From the NCBI GenBank assembly GCA_963754945.1, contig CAVWIG010000032.1, positions 1 through 50,652 of the forward strand: DNA of 50,652 bases, read 5' to 3'. The notes under the pieces are model-generated. The model did no database searches and was not told the DNA's origin. It was given only the letters and a program-made list of their open reading frames with translations. The translations under genes and the position numbers were made by a program. How positions within the stretch are numbered: the first letter of the stretch is position 1; the number at the start of each line of letters is the position of its first letter. The stretch comes from Methanotrichaceae archaeon. Lineage in GTDB: Archaea > Halobacteriota > Methanosarcinia > Methanotrichales > Methanotrichaceae. Shown here piece after piece: positions 19,874 to 30,069 of the stretch.

Positions 19874-21165
19874 ACCACCTTCACGAAGCCGTTCTCCTCT
19901 GCAAAGGCGAGGAATCCTTCAATGGCCGATCCCGATGAGGAGCGTGCTGGCGCACCCGTTCTCGGCCCGCCCATTGGAGAATTGGGATAGCTGGCCAGCG
20001 CTGGATCGCGTATTTTCTTGAATCTTGGGCTCCCTTGGGCCTTTTCCAAGACTACTTCATCCGGAACAGGAGCATTTAGCTTGAGAATCAATTGTATTAC
20101 TTCTCCATTTCTGCAGATTAGGGGCTTCAGGATCAGCGGGCTTGACATTCTTGTTTTCTCTTGCCCGTTTACTACCGGGTACAGCTCAGTATCTTTGGGA
20201 TCTCCAATATCCTTGAAATGAAAAACAATTGGCAGCCCAAGCTCTGCTCTGGGAAATGCATCATTAGGAATCGCCGGCATTCGAGAATGTCGTGCAAATC
20301 TGCTGGAAGTTGCCTGCCTAATGGCCTCCGGTTCGGGCCATCTTGAACGTCCGGGCCGGTTCGGGCTTGATCCAGGATTCCTGCCAACACCTTGACCTTG
20401 CCTAAAGGTTTGCATCAGGCCCACTACATCCGACCATCCCTGCAGTACATTGTTACTATTATTATCTCGAACGCGGAATTTATCCGGCAGAGTTGGCCAC
20501 TCCTGCGAGCGGGATAGATCAACACCAAGGCCATCTAGGAAGGATTTGTACCACGAATTTAATGATTCTCTTTTAGGGGAAAGCTCCTTACAGTACAATG
20601 CACCGCAGCCACGCCTTGTCCTGGCACCAATCCCTCCAAAATTGGTCCAGGCCCAGACGGCAGCATCTACTTCCATAGATAAACTTTGAGGATGAGTCAA
20701 CTTCATTTCAAACAGGACATTGGTTGTACAGTTGGCCGGAGGAATGCCATCCCTTTTGTTTCCCTGAAATGGAAATAATGCATAAGACGGATGGTTCTTT
20801 TCGAACCTGGGGAAGTTTTTATCCTCCGGAAAATATGCACAAGGGTATTTTTTCCCTGGAGATTTTAATTCAATTTCCAAAGCAACTCTACTCGGGTTCT
20901 CAGTCGTCCCCCAAATCTCGCCTTCAATCTGGCGCAGTTCTGCTCCACTCCTGCATTTTGCTCCCCTTGTCGCCCTCCACCAGAATCGCAGGTGCCCTCT
21001 GATGCTGGAAGGCCGGATGAGCGTTACAGGATCATTTTCGCCTGCTTTGACGCCACCTCCAAAGATAGGTGTAATCACCTGAATGGCGTAGGTTTTCGAA
21101 ATCATGTCCGGATGAGATTCTACTTCAGGAAGCTTATCCGGAAATTTCACGATGCTGCGCGACAT
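19870..21165 (-). CDS. cmr1: Type III-B RAMP Cmr1
   Basis: ITPIFGGG, IRPSSIRGHLRFWWRA, FGGIGARTRRGCG, GLPIVFHF. Confidence 0.95.
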   Translation of the reverse strand: MSRSIVKFPDKLPEVESHPDMISKTYAIQVITPIFGGGVKAGENDPVTLIRPSSIRGHLRFWWRATRGAKCRSGAELRQIEGEIWGTTENPSRVALEIELKSPGKKYPCAYFPEDKNFPRFEKNHPSYALFPFQGNKRDGIPPANCTTNVLFEMKLTHPQSLSMEVDAAVWAWTNFGGIGARTRRGCGALYCKELSPKRESLNSWYKSFLDGLGVDLSRSQEWPTLPDKFRVRDNNSNNVLQGWSDVVGLMQTFRQGQGVGRNPGSSPNRPGRSRWPEPEAIRQATSSRFARHSRMPAIPNDAFPRAELGLPIVFHFKDIGDPKDTELYPVVNGQEKTRMSSPLILKPLICRNGEVIQLILKLNAPVPDEVVLEKAQGSPRFKKIRDPALASYPNSPMGGPRTGAPARSSSGSAIEGFLAFAEENGFVKVV

Positions 21166-21212
21166 TATTATTCCACTCCTGCAATTCTTCTATCTCATTA
21201 ACCAATTGATCA

Positions 21213-22187
21213 TTATTCAACATCATCACCGACAAATCCCCCCATCCCAAAATGCGCCCCGTACCCGACAGCCAACAGTCCCTGCACCAGCTCAGGGAAC
21301 TTGATCCTATAACCGTAGCCTGCCCCATTCGCAACCGGCCTTCCCTCACCCGTCTCCCTCCGACGCAGGAAAACATGCCACGCCACCTCCTGCTCGCCAA
21401 GTTTCGTGCCTGCCACAGGCTCGACCGCCACTGGAGCCGGAAATCCTCCAAGTTCCAGCAGCCTGCGCAGATCGTGTTCAGGGCTGCCGATTTGCAGGCC
21501 GCTGGCGTCCCGCTTAGGCACGCCCGCCCGAGTGGCCTTGGGGTGACGCGTGGGGATAAAGGGCGTGCGAGAGACCCAGGTCCTCGACTCTGCGAGTAGA
21601 GGGCCCTGACCCCGACTCAGATTCAAGCCGCCGAAGTGCTCCGGGCGACCTAGACCGAGGAGGTTGAGCTGAACGTAGAGGCCTGACCCCTGGATCTCTT
21701 TGAGTTCTTCGAGGGCTGATACCTCCGCAGAACCGAAACCAGCCGGTGCGTAAACAGTGACATGGGTGATCTCTCCGTTCCTGCCCCTTCCCAGGGCCAT
21801 GTTGGACTCGCTAAAAATGAATGCGTGGGCGTGACCTTTCCGCGGGCTTCCAGACTCATCGCACCCTGTAAAGACGCTTGATCCATTCGACAGCTCCACC
21901 AGAGCGAGGTGAATCCTTTCCCCAAGGAGAAGGGCAGCGGTGAGCCTGGGAGCCTGGCCGCCAATTGAATAGCGTGCTACGGTAAGTACATCTTTTCCGA
22001 ATGCTAAGGCATTCTGGCTCGATGTCTTTTCTAATGTGGGTGCTAATCTCCCTTGAAAAGAATGGACTGCAGAAGCTGGTCTGCCTGCTACAACTCCTTG
22101 CTCGAAATTGTCAAGGCCGCGCTCGACATCAGGCCCGCTTGGGTTCAATCTCCCTCCCTCGATTACCCAATTTTTATGCCCAGACAT
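21213..22187 (-). CDS. csb2: Csb2-like (type I-G) protein comprising only the C-terminal Cas6-like half; probable crRNA maturase
   Basis: TVARY..PRLTAALLLGERIHLAL, GHAHAF, WVSRTPFIPTRH, C-terminal G-rich loop AVGYGAHFGMGGF; first gene of the cmr operon. Confidence 0.8.
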   Translation of the reverse strand: MSGHKNWVIEGGRLNPSGPDVERGLDNFEQGVVAGRPASAVHSFQGRLAPTLEKTSSQNALAFGKDVLTVARYSIGGQAPRLTAALLLGERIHLALVELSNGSSVFTGCDESGSPRKGHAHAFIFSESNMALGRGRNGEITHVTVYAPAGFGSAEVSALEELKEIQGSGLYVQLNLLGLGRPEHFGGLNLSRGQGPLLAESRTWVSRTPFIPTRHPKATRAGVPKRDASGLQIGSPEHDLRRLLELGGFPAPVAVEPVAGTKLGEQEVAWHVFLRRRETGEGRPVANGAGYGYRIKFPELVQGLLAVGYGAHFGMGGFVGDDVE

Positions 22188-22507
22188 ATGTTGGGCACAT
22201 ATTCTTCGTCGTCGAAAACAAAATGATGTTCTCAGATAAAAAGGTAATCAGTGGTGAAAAGACTTACCAAATATTCTTCCATGAAGTTTGATTAAGAGGC
22301 TATGATGTCTTCAGGAAGAGAGATGGTCTTCATCCACATCTATCAACCACATTCGCCCTCACTGCGCTAACGTTGGAGACTCTTCGATTCGATAAGAGTC
22401 TACATGAGACTCATTGACCAGCACGATTGTGCCGACATCGGGAGTTGGCCCGCCACTCATGGGATGAGTATGCAAGTTGAATATTCTCAAAAAAGATGAG
22501 CTTCGTT

Positions 22508-24016
22508 TCATATCTTTATGATTTCAGCGTTTTCAGGGTTTAGTCCGCTCCATCTTACCTTGTAACCTAGGATCGCAAGTGCCTGGCTATAAGCTCTTAT
22601 TCCATATCTCTCGAAGATTTTAAGAGCATCATCATGCTTTTTCACACCATTCAATTCGCTCTGAATTGCGCCAAGGATTTGATTGCTAACAAGCTGATAT
22701 CCCAAAAGTGAATAATTGGGTTTAATCTGACCCTTGATTGCTTCTTTCAAGGCCTCTAAACTAACGGCGTATCTCTTGGCTACCTCATCGAGACTGATAA
22801 CACTTGCATCGCCAAACGAGATTTCCATGCCCTTCAACTTCGTAATTTCTTCAGCTTGCTGCTTTTCCTCATATCTCCTCAGAATCTTGATTATCTCCAG
22901 ATGCGGAATTTTTCTATCATAGAAAAGGAGATTTTCTGCCTGGAACTCTGAGCTCGTACATGCCAGGTTTCTGTTTACGAGCAGGATCATGCTTTCTTTT
23001 TCTTGTAGCTGGTTTAGTTTCTGAATCTTATGTTTGAGATATTCAGGTGTCCAGAAGCCAATGATCTCAACGTATATCCTGGTGCCATTTCGCTCCAGGG
23101 AAAAGTCAGGAATAAAGGCATACTGGCCCGCTTTCAATACTGTTGGCTCTCTTCTGACTACCCAGCCCTTGAAACCGAGCTGATAGAACTCTTTCTCAAT
23201 AGCGCTATCAAAATCAATTTCCGCCGTTTCTAACTCAGTTTGGAAAATCGGTCTCTGTGTATGGTCCAGAGTGAAATCGAAAATCCTCTTACCCTGAAAT
23301 GTTTTCCTTGATATGCTGGCCCTCAAACTCCATTTGGTGGACTCCATTACGATAGGCAGCAGCTTTGCGAAGGCTGAACCATATTTTTCGGTTAGCTTAA
23401 ACAGAGAAAGAGGTCCTTCCAGGGATATCTTGCCATCGTTTATGGAGTAGATGAGGCCCAACTGTTTGATCTTCCTGAAAACCGGCTGGTAGTTATCCTC
23501 TATCTGAATCTCCATTCCCGTAGCCCTGAACAGGAGAGTCTGAGCCAGGGACAGATTATAATGCCTTAGCAGGTCCTCTGGAGTCAAGGTTTGGAACTCC
23601 TTTATGACCAGATTCCCTTCATTGTCAGCCCAGAGAGCCTTTTCCAGGTCATCGACCTCGATCGATAGCTTCCTGGCAACCTTTCCCAGAACCTCTTTTC
23701 TCTCTTCCTCGCTAGTAATAAAGCCCTTAGATTCCTCAAAGACAGTCCTTCTGGCGGCAATTGGATCGATAACCGAGTCAGTCTCTATTACGCATCTCCT
23801 TTCAAGGATCTGGGCAAGTCCTCTGATCAATCGGTAGTTGATCTCTTCAATGCCCTCTAGTTCTTCGATAAGCTCGCCGTATGTCCTTCCCAGATGCTCC
23901 TTGAAAACGCCAATAACGGAAAGGGCAATCTCCAGGTTATCCTGATCCAAGGGAGCATAAACAGGTTCGATTTTTCCCTTTGAAATCTTCGTAACAAGTA
24001 GGTCACTGGTAAGCAT
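22508..24016 (-). CDS. Bax1-like nuclease (DUF790 family), XPB partner
   Basis: MLTSDLL start, YNLSLAQTLLF, GPLSLFKLTEKYG, FDSAIEKEF, FIPDF..YVEIIGFWTPEYL. Confidence 0.9.
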   Translation of the reverse strand: MLTSDLLVTKISKGKIEPVYAPLDQDNLEIALSVIGVFKEHLGRTYGELIEELEGIEEINYRLIRGLAQILERRCVIETDSVIDPIAARRTVFEESKGFITSEEERKEVLGKVARKLSIEVDDLEKALWADNEGNLVIKEFQTLTPEDLLRHYNLSLAQTLLFRATGMEIQIEDNYQPVFRKIKQLGLIYSINDGKISLEGPLSLFKLTEKYGSAFAKLLPIVMESTKWSLRASISRKTFQGKRIFDFTLDHTQRPIFQTELETAEIDFDSAIEKEFYQLGFKGWVVRREPTVLKAGQYAFIPDFSLERNGTRIYVEIIGFWTPEYLKHKIQKLNQLQEKESMILLVNRNLACTSSEFQAENLLFYDRKIPHLEIIKILRRYEEKQQAEEITKLKGMEISFGDASVISLDEVAKRYAVSLEALKEAIKGQIKPNYSLLGYQLVSNQILGAIQSELNGVKKHDDALKIFERYGIRAYSQALAILGYKVRWSGLNPENAEIIKI

Positions 24017-24025
24017 TTTCTTATC

Positions 24026-25366
24026 CTATTGCTTCAATGGTCTTTTCCTTCTCCTTGCAGTGTTGACCTCACTTGTCTCTGCTGATACGATCTCGTATAG
24101 GACTGCTTCCTTTCCTTCTTTCTTTCTAAGAATCCGTCCCAGCCTCTGGATAAACGCTCTCTCGCTTCCTGTTCCGCTCAAGATAATCCCTACATCCGCA
24201 TCTGGAACATCTATGCCCTCATCCAGAACCTTTGAGGTTACAACTGCCCTGTATATGCCTGATCGGAACCGGTCCAGAGTCTCGCTTCTTTCTTTGCTAG
24301 CGGTTCTGTATGTTATAGAAGGTATCAGGAATTGCCTTGAGATTATATGGACCAGCTTGTTATGCTCGGTGAAGATGAATATCTTGCTCTCTTTATGCCT
24401 TTTCAGGATCTCGGAGAGTTTCCCTATCTTCGAGATGCCGTTATAAGCGATGTCCCTTGCTTTATTCCTGGCAAGCAATGCCCTTCTGGCTCCCGGATCT
24501 CTGCCACTCCTCATAATCAGCTTCTGGAAGTCGGCTGGACTTCTTATGGTGAGGTTGATCCTGGCAAGATAGTCTGAGAAAACTTTTTGGTTTTTCTCAT
24601 ATTCCTTTTTCTCTTCTTCGGTCAGCTCAACAACGATCTTCTCAAGCCGGAAGGGTGAAAGATGCGTTCCAGTAAGCTCTTTTACCCTTTTCTCAAAGAC
24701 CTTTCCGCCAACAAGGCGGTTGAGCTCTGCATGCAGACCATCTTCCCTCTCAAAGGTAGCCGTCAAGCCCATCCTACAAGGAGAGGCAAACATCTCAGCT
24801 ATATTTCTGTATCCTACGGCAGGAAGATGGTGGACCTCATCAAAGATTATCAAACCAAACCTATTCCCGAGCTTGTCGGCATGAATGTACGCAGAGTCAT
24901 AGGTGGATACTGTTAAGGCTTTTATATCCCACTCACCTCCACCTAGGACGCCTACTTCAACTTTGAACTCGTTCTTCAACCTGGAGCGCCACTGGTCCAC
25001 CAGATCGAGGGTTGGAGCTACTACTAATGTTGGGGTATTCAGCAAGGATATGGCGTTAATTCCAACAAGCGTTTTGCCACTTCCCGTAGGAAGTACGATT
25101 ATACCACGCTTATCGTTAGTTGTCCAAGCATCTATGGCCTGCTTCTGGTAATCCCTCAACACAACGCTGCTTTGAAGTTCAGGACAGGGGGTAAGATCGA
25201 GAACGTTATCCGCGAAGTCGAATCCAGATGTCTTCAGAAAATCGATGATCTCCTTATAATACAGGGCCATTGCCCTGAAGGACTTGGATCGTTCATCCCA
25301 GGTGGAATTCGGGACTCGTATGTCTCCCTTGACTAGGATGGTTCCTCGATCAAAAGTGAGCTCCAT
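24026..25366 (-). CDS. xpb: XPB/Rad25-like SF2 helicase
   Basis: LRDYQ, LPTGSGKT, DEVHH, GLTAT, LDEGIDVP, QRLGRILR; immediately upstream of the Bax1-like gene. Confidence 0.92.
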   Translation of the reverse strand: MELTFDRGTILVKGDIRVPNSTWDERSKSFRAMALYYKEIIDFLKTSGFDFADNVLDLTPCPELQSSVVLRDYQKQAIDAWTTNDKRGIIVLPTGSGKTLVGINAISLLNTPTLVVAPTLDLVDQWRSRLKNEFKVEVGVLGGGEWDIKALTVSTYDSAYIHADKLGNRFGLIIFDEVHHLPAVGYRNIAEMFASPCRMGLTATFEREDGLHAELNRLVGGKVFEKRVKELTGTHLSPFRLEKIVVELTEEEKKEYEKNQKVFSDYLARINLTIRSPADFQKLIMRSGRDPGARRALLARNKARDIAYNGISKIGKLSEILKRHKESKIFIFTEHNKLVHIISRQFLIPSITYRTASKERSETLDRFRSGIYRAVVTSKVLDEGIDVPDADVGIILSGTGSERAFIQRLGRILRKKEGKEAVLYEIVSAETSEVNTARRRKRPLKQ

Positions 25367-25416
25367 GATCTGAATGACATTTGATCCACTAGTTAAAAAG
25401 CTTTTAGAAAAGCGGG

Positions 25417-25760
25417 GTGGAGGTGCTTTCTGCCTCGGCTCACCTATTCCAGCATTCTGGACAAGCGAACCATAGGCTCATCGATCAAGAGATCCATCGT
25501 GCATCCACAGTCTTTCAGCTAATGGCCATTCTTGAAGATGCCCGCTACTCCTTGATCGTCATCGAGCACGATCCCCTGAACTATGAGGATGCCCAAGGGA
25601 TAGTTGAGTACATATTCCAAGGTTTGCACGACGCTGCCAAAGAGGCTGCGGTTGGCCCCTTGAGTCCAAGCTGACGGTAAATCCGAGAATCCTTGAGCTG
25701 GAGATGGCCAAGCATATCATCGAGGAGATTTCCACGCCAGACCCTCGGACGTGGATGAGA
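25417..25760 (+). pseudogene. Decayed fragment of a conserved hypothetical protein (possibly inactive RecA-like fold)
   Basis: HRASTVFQLMAILEDARYSLIVIEHDPLNYED looks like real coding sequence but lacks a credible start and end; family from recollection only. Confidence 0.35.
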
Positions 25761-25923
25761 TGATCCAGATGAGGCTAGAAGAGACGAGCTGGAGCAAGAG
25801 CTGGCAAGAAGAGGAGGAGCCACGGCCAAGAGAGTTCTGCCTGGGTGAGGAGCTATGGGCAGGAGCTTTGAGAGCGTTAGAACCCCAGCCAAAACGTTGT
25901 GGTTTTTTAATGGTGTCATTTTT

Positions 25924-26934
25924 CTAGAAATTGGTTGTGCTATTTCCCAGAACCGCTTTTTGCCTTCCATTGCTATCCTTAATTACATGGACATTACTTC
26001 CAAGAAAGTTCTTGCTCTTGGGCAGCACGGCCCTTGTAGCTTTTAATGTACCAGAAAGTCTAGAGAGCACAGACTGTTCTGTTGAACTATTCATCGCTGG
26101 AGGTTTTGGTGCAATGTCGCCGCATGATTGGCAGTTGCAATTCTTGGATGTGGTAACGTTTTGCAGCAGTTCCTCTTCGGGATCTATGTTCAAGACTACT
26201 GAGCTGGTGTTAGAATATTCATAAACTAACTTGGATGGCCGGCTGAGTGGGGACAAGGAACCAAAGCTGACTTTTATTCTGTCCATCTCTTTGGGTTCAA
26301 GTTTCCGACCCTCGAAGCCGTCGAAGGAATATCGGTTGTACGCAAGGCTGTCGTACCTATATCCCCACTGATCGATTAGGCTGAAGTTCTTCGAACTTAA
26401 GGGCAGTTCCTTAGTGCCGTTATTGGTTACACCTATATCGAAATCGATGGATTTTAGGTTTGATTCGACCTTTGAGTTCAAGACCCCATAGTACAGAAGA
26501 TTCACCATTCCATTAGTGGCGTTGGTCAACTCTCCAAAGTTTATCGATAGCCGGTCGCCCTCCCGTGGACTCCCGGAAGGAACCACGATCAACATCTTGG
26601 GAATGGTCTCCGGATGAACTGCAAAGCCCAAGAGCTGACGACCAGGCCGAAGAGATCGGGTGAACTCGCCTCTGGTCGGGTAGGTCTTGTCATCGCGGTC
26701 CACTAGAAAATAATTTGCCTGAGCAGGATAGCTGCCGGTGTCATTGGACTTGACTAGAGAAACATCCACGTTCAGAACGATGTTTCTGTCTTCGTTCGGC
26801 TCAACTATGAGATAATTGTCCTTGAATTCCCCAAACACTGTGCAGTTGAATGCGTCATTGCTTGCGTGTATCGGGTAGCCTTGGGCGACACCTTGGCAAA
26901 TGATCAGGATCAGAACCATTTCCAGCCGTTTCAT
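25924..26934 (-). CDS. Secreted protein with DUF4352-like beta-sandwich domains
   Basis: Signal-peptide-like MKRLEMVLILIICQGVAQG; DIGVTNNG..LPLSSKNFSLIDQWGYRY pattern. Confidence 0.6.
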   Translation of the reverse strand: MKRLEMVLILIICQGVAQGYPIHASNDAFNCTVFGEFKDNYLIVEPNEDRNIVLNVDVSLVKSNDTGSYPAQANYFLVDRDDKTYPTRGEFTRSLRPGRQLLGFAVHPETIPKMLIVVPSGSPREGDRLSINFGELTNATNGMVNLLYYGVLNSKVESNLKSIDFDIGVTNNGTKELPLSSKNFSLIDQWGYRYDSLAYNRYSFDGFEGRKLEPKEMDRIKVSFGSLSPLSRPSKLVYEYSNTSSVVLNIDPEEELLQNVTTSKNCNCQSCGDIAPKPPAMNSSTEQSVLSRLSGTLKATRAVLPKSKNFLGSNVHVIKDSNGRQKAVLGNSTTNF

Positions 26935-26960
26935 GAATATGCCTCGATTCTTAATAGGTC

Positions 26961-27479
26961 TCATCTGAGGTCGGGGAAATCGAATACGTCCGGCACGAAA
27001 TTGGATGACCCAGCCTCGTAAAGGTCCAGCTCAAAGACGGAGTATTCAATATCAGAATCATTCTCAGTAGTTTGGAAGACCAGCGAAGGATTGTAGCGGT
27101 AGTAGCCCAGAACATCGCGGAACTTCTTTGCATTCGCATCCCAGTTATTGCCTATGGTGAAGTAAAGGCCGTAGCTACCGTCATCTATCTTCTCGAACTT
27201 GAAGGAGTCCTTGGAACGTATGTAGACGGCAATGAGGGGCTTCAAATTGTCATCGGTCAGAACACCGACCGTGTCCATCGTCCAGTTGTTATGAATTGTG
27301 AGGACACCGTAGCCGTTTCTTGCTTCGTCTTTGATCATAGTGCCTGTCTCTGGACGGATGGAGGGCTGAGATATCGACAATGAACACAATAGGAGAAACG
27401 CAAAGGCTGTGATCAACAGAGGCCTAGTCAAGGCTAAGATCGCCAATAAAGACAATCGATGATTTGGCTTCACATCCAT
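26961..27479 (-). CDS. Secreted or membrane-anchored hypothetical protein
   Basis: N-terminal hydrophobic segment; AGGAGG RBS upstream; abuts the next gene. Confidence 0.7.
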   Translation of the reverse strand: MDVKPNHRLSLLAILALTRPLLITAFAFLLLCSLSISQPSIRPETGTMIKDEARNGYGVLTIHNNWTMDTVGVLTDDNLKPLIAVYIRSKDSFKFEKIDDGSYGLYFTIGNNWDANAKKFRDVLGYYRYNPSLVFQTTENDSDIEYSVFELDLYEAGSSNFVPDVFDFPDLR

Positions 27480-28025
27480 CCCTCCTTACACACAAGTGCT
27501 TTATCATGAATTTTGAACTGATATAAAGACATGGTACTGGCAAGTTTGAGGTATATTCATTATAGACAAGATGTGTTGCTGAACTGTTCAAGGAGATGTC
27601 CGAGGCTTCGGCTCTGCAGGCTCACATGAAGCAAGGGCTTCCCACTGGCTCCTGGGATGGAGATAGGCTACTCGGTGAGGGAGGCGAAAAAGTGGGAGGT
27701 CGATCCAGAAAGAACTGCTTCAATGTTCGATGCTGCGTACTAAGGAGGGCTACTCGAGAAGGCTTGGTCAGAAGCGGCATTTGTGTTTCGATCAGATTGA
27801 AGTTAGTAGCTTTTTAGTCTGGGCTTTCATCCCCGCTCATGCCGAAAAGCTTGTGTTTCGAGGAGACATAGAGGTGCTTGGGCTTGTCAGTATTACCGCT
27901 TGTACCCACAACTTCGCCGACGAAGACAGTATGATCTCCGGTCTCAAATTGATCCAGCACTTTGCACTCGAACGCTACTGTAGACCCCTCGATTGTCGGG
28001 ACCTTTACGGCTGTCGATTCAACTA

Positions 28026-29207
28026 GTGCACCATAACATTAATTTTGCAAATTAATATAATGCCTGTTTAGCTTTAATCTTGCATCATTCTTCGTGAATT
28101 TCCATCTTACAGTAGTTTTTTTTGCGTTACGTTCTTGTGCCCACACCGAAGCCTCTTTGGTTAAAGTATCGATGTCTCCAATCCGACGATCGAGGCATTG
28201 CTTCGATAGGGCTGAGAGTTCTATCTCAGCCATGTTGAGCCAGCTACCTTTCTTTGGCGTATAATAATATTCGAACTCCTTAGCCAGCTCAAACGCCTCT
28301 TCAGGCGCAAAAGCATTATAAAATGAGCCTGAAGTATGCGTATTGAGATTATCCTGGACCAATCGAATGGATTCTACACCTGGATATTGCTGGGTAAGTT
28401 CTTTCATGAAATGGGCGTAGTCCACCCTTGTCCTGTGCTCCATGACACGAATCATTCTTTTTCCTGCATGAAGATCAAAAGCAATAAGGATGCAACATGT
28501 CCCGTTACGGACGTATTCATAATGCACCTTCTTCGGACTGCCTGGTTTCATGGGTATAGGCACTAAGACATCGCCTATCAGTTGGCATGGCCTCTCGTCG
28601 AAACAAACCACAGGATGCCTCGGATCATATGGTTGCTCGTACAGAGTTAATACATTTTCCATGTTCCAGATATATTCGCTCGTCATGCTCCCTATGCACC
28701 ATCGCTGTTTGAGCCATGGCTTTATTTCATTTTTTTTAACGCTCTGCAAACGCTCATTCCTGAGATCGAGTCCACTTCCCCCAGCTCAACAAGCTTGTCG
28801 GCCAATAGATTCAGCGTCCATCTCGATCTGCCTTCAGGCGGATCTGAGCAAGCAATGCCGGTCAGTTTAGCCTCAACTCGTGCATCTATCTTCGGAGGCG
28901 CTCCACTGCGAGATCTTTCATTCAATGCAGATTCCAGGCCACCCTCGAAATATCTCTTTCTTATCCTCACTATTGTCGTTCTGCTCGCCTTCAATGCATC
29001 AATGATCTCCGCATCGGATTGCCCTCCATCGGCCAGGAGCAGTATTCTTGCGCGAGTTAAACTCCTTGCAGACGACTTCCCACGACGGATGTACTGGTTC
29101 AACTCTTCTCGTTCTTTCTCTTCCAGTTTCACACAGAATATTGTTTTTCTTGCCACAATCTATATTCTAGACCTTTTATAAGATTTAAAACTTGCGTTAT
29201 GGTGCAC
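28026..29207 (-). mobile_element. IS630-family element, apparently intact (two ORFs joined by a probable -1 frameshift)
   Basis: TIRs GTGCACCATAAC / GTTATGGTGCAC, TA duplication at CTAG; ORFs 28722-29156 (HTH) and 28039-28749 ([20 protein letters not shown]) overlapping at an A-run. Confidence 0.95.
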
Positions 29208-29218
29208 TAGCCTTAGTC

Positions 29219-29331
29219 TTTGACGCAAAATAAAATATACAAATTTAGCCAGCGTAGCTAGAAATCGCTATCATTGGACAATATGATTCAGAACATGTCC
29301 CTGGAAATGCGTAAATTATCTCCAGTCAAGC
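29219..29331. mobile_element. 113-bp MITE-like insertion with 8-bp target duplication
   Basis: CCTTAGTC at 29211-29218 and 29332-29339; imperfect inverted ends (TTGAC...GTCAA). Confidence 0.75.
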
Positions 29332-29694
29332 CCTTAGTCCTGCGATCTTTATCTTATCCCCATCGCGCCCCGATCTTGTGCCACATATCCAGGCAGCTTC
29401 GGCCTGAGCTTTACTGGGGTAATTGAGAACAAACTCCTTATGCATCTGAATGCCTTCGTGCGAATAGCGCCGGTGATCGATGGATATCATTATCATGAAT
29501 GGCTCTAAAGAAGTCCTTGTAGCCCAGGCGACACCCATAGCATTAGGCCGGCCATTCTTATCAAGAGAGGTCACAAGAGTATATGGAAATGGTCCAGATA
29601 GGGCTAATGCCTCTGATTCGCTTATAGCTTGCATCTATAACACCTCGTAGATACAGATACTCAAATCCCGATATGGCTATTTTGCTCCAAATTT

Positions 29695-29970
29695 TTATCT
29701 CTTAGACCTTTCCAGTTTGATCGTCACAAGGTTAACGCTATCAGGGCACTGCAGTTGGATAGTGTCTCCTTGCCACCAAGGCATTCTCCCGCCGAACTGG
29801 AAAGTCTGCAAGTTTGGGAAGATCCGTTGGTAGAAGAATCCGCAAAGCCCTGCAGGATTATGACAGCTTATCTCGAAACTCTCACCTACTCGGTGGTCAA
29901 CATTGCATTTTCCTTTAACATCAGTCACCGTTGCCACTACTTTATATCCCAACCCCGGATCTTTTACCAT
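29695..29970 (-). CDS. TIGR04076-like small Cys-containing protein
   Basis: VTDVKGKC..HRVGESF, GLCGF, QCPD..NLVTIKLER. Confidence 0.75.
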   Translation of the reverse strand: MVKDPGLGYKVVATVTDVKGKCNVDHRVGESFEISCHNPAGLCGFFYQRIFPNLQTFQFGGRMPWWQGDTIQLQCPDSVNLVTIKLERSKR

Positions 29971-30069
29971 AACATCCTACCTCCCATCAAATATCGATGT
30001 TCTTTTTCTCAAGAGTATTTTTGAATTTCCCTATCGCCGATCATGGGTATAGCAAGACAGGCCCTTTTT

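Larger units (their letters stand above)
27814..29634 (-). pseudogene. Flavin reductase (flavoredoxin-like) split by IS630 and a 113-bp insertion
   Basis: 5' part (PYTLVTS..NAMGVAW..EFVLNYP..CGTRSGRDGDK) and 3' part 27814-28023 (VESTAVKVPTIEG..FECKV..ETGDHTVFVGEV) rejoin in frame as AGLRLVES after removing both insertions. Confidence 0.9.

Noticed and set aside
13087-21599. Numerous plus-strand ORFs opposite the cmr genes
   Set aside because: Antisense shadows of well-supported minus-strand genes
22200-22230. Possible target of the mini-array spacer upstream of csb2 (TCGAAAACAAAATGA)
   Set aside because: Match is short and A-rich, at chance level
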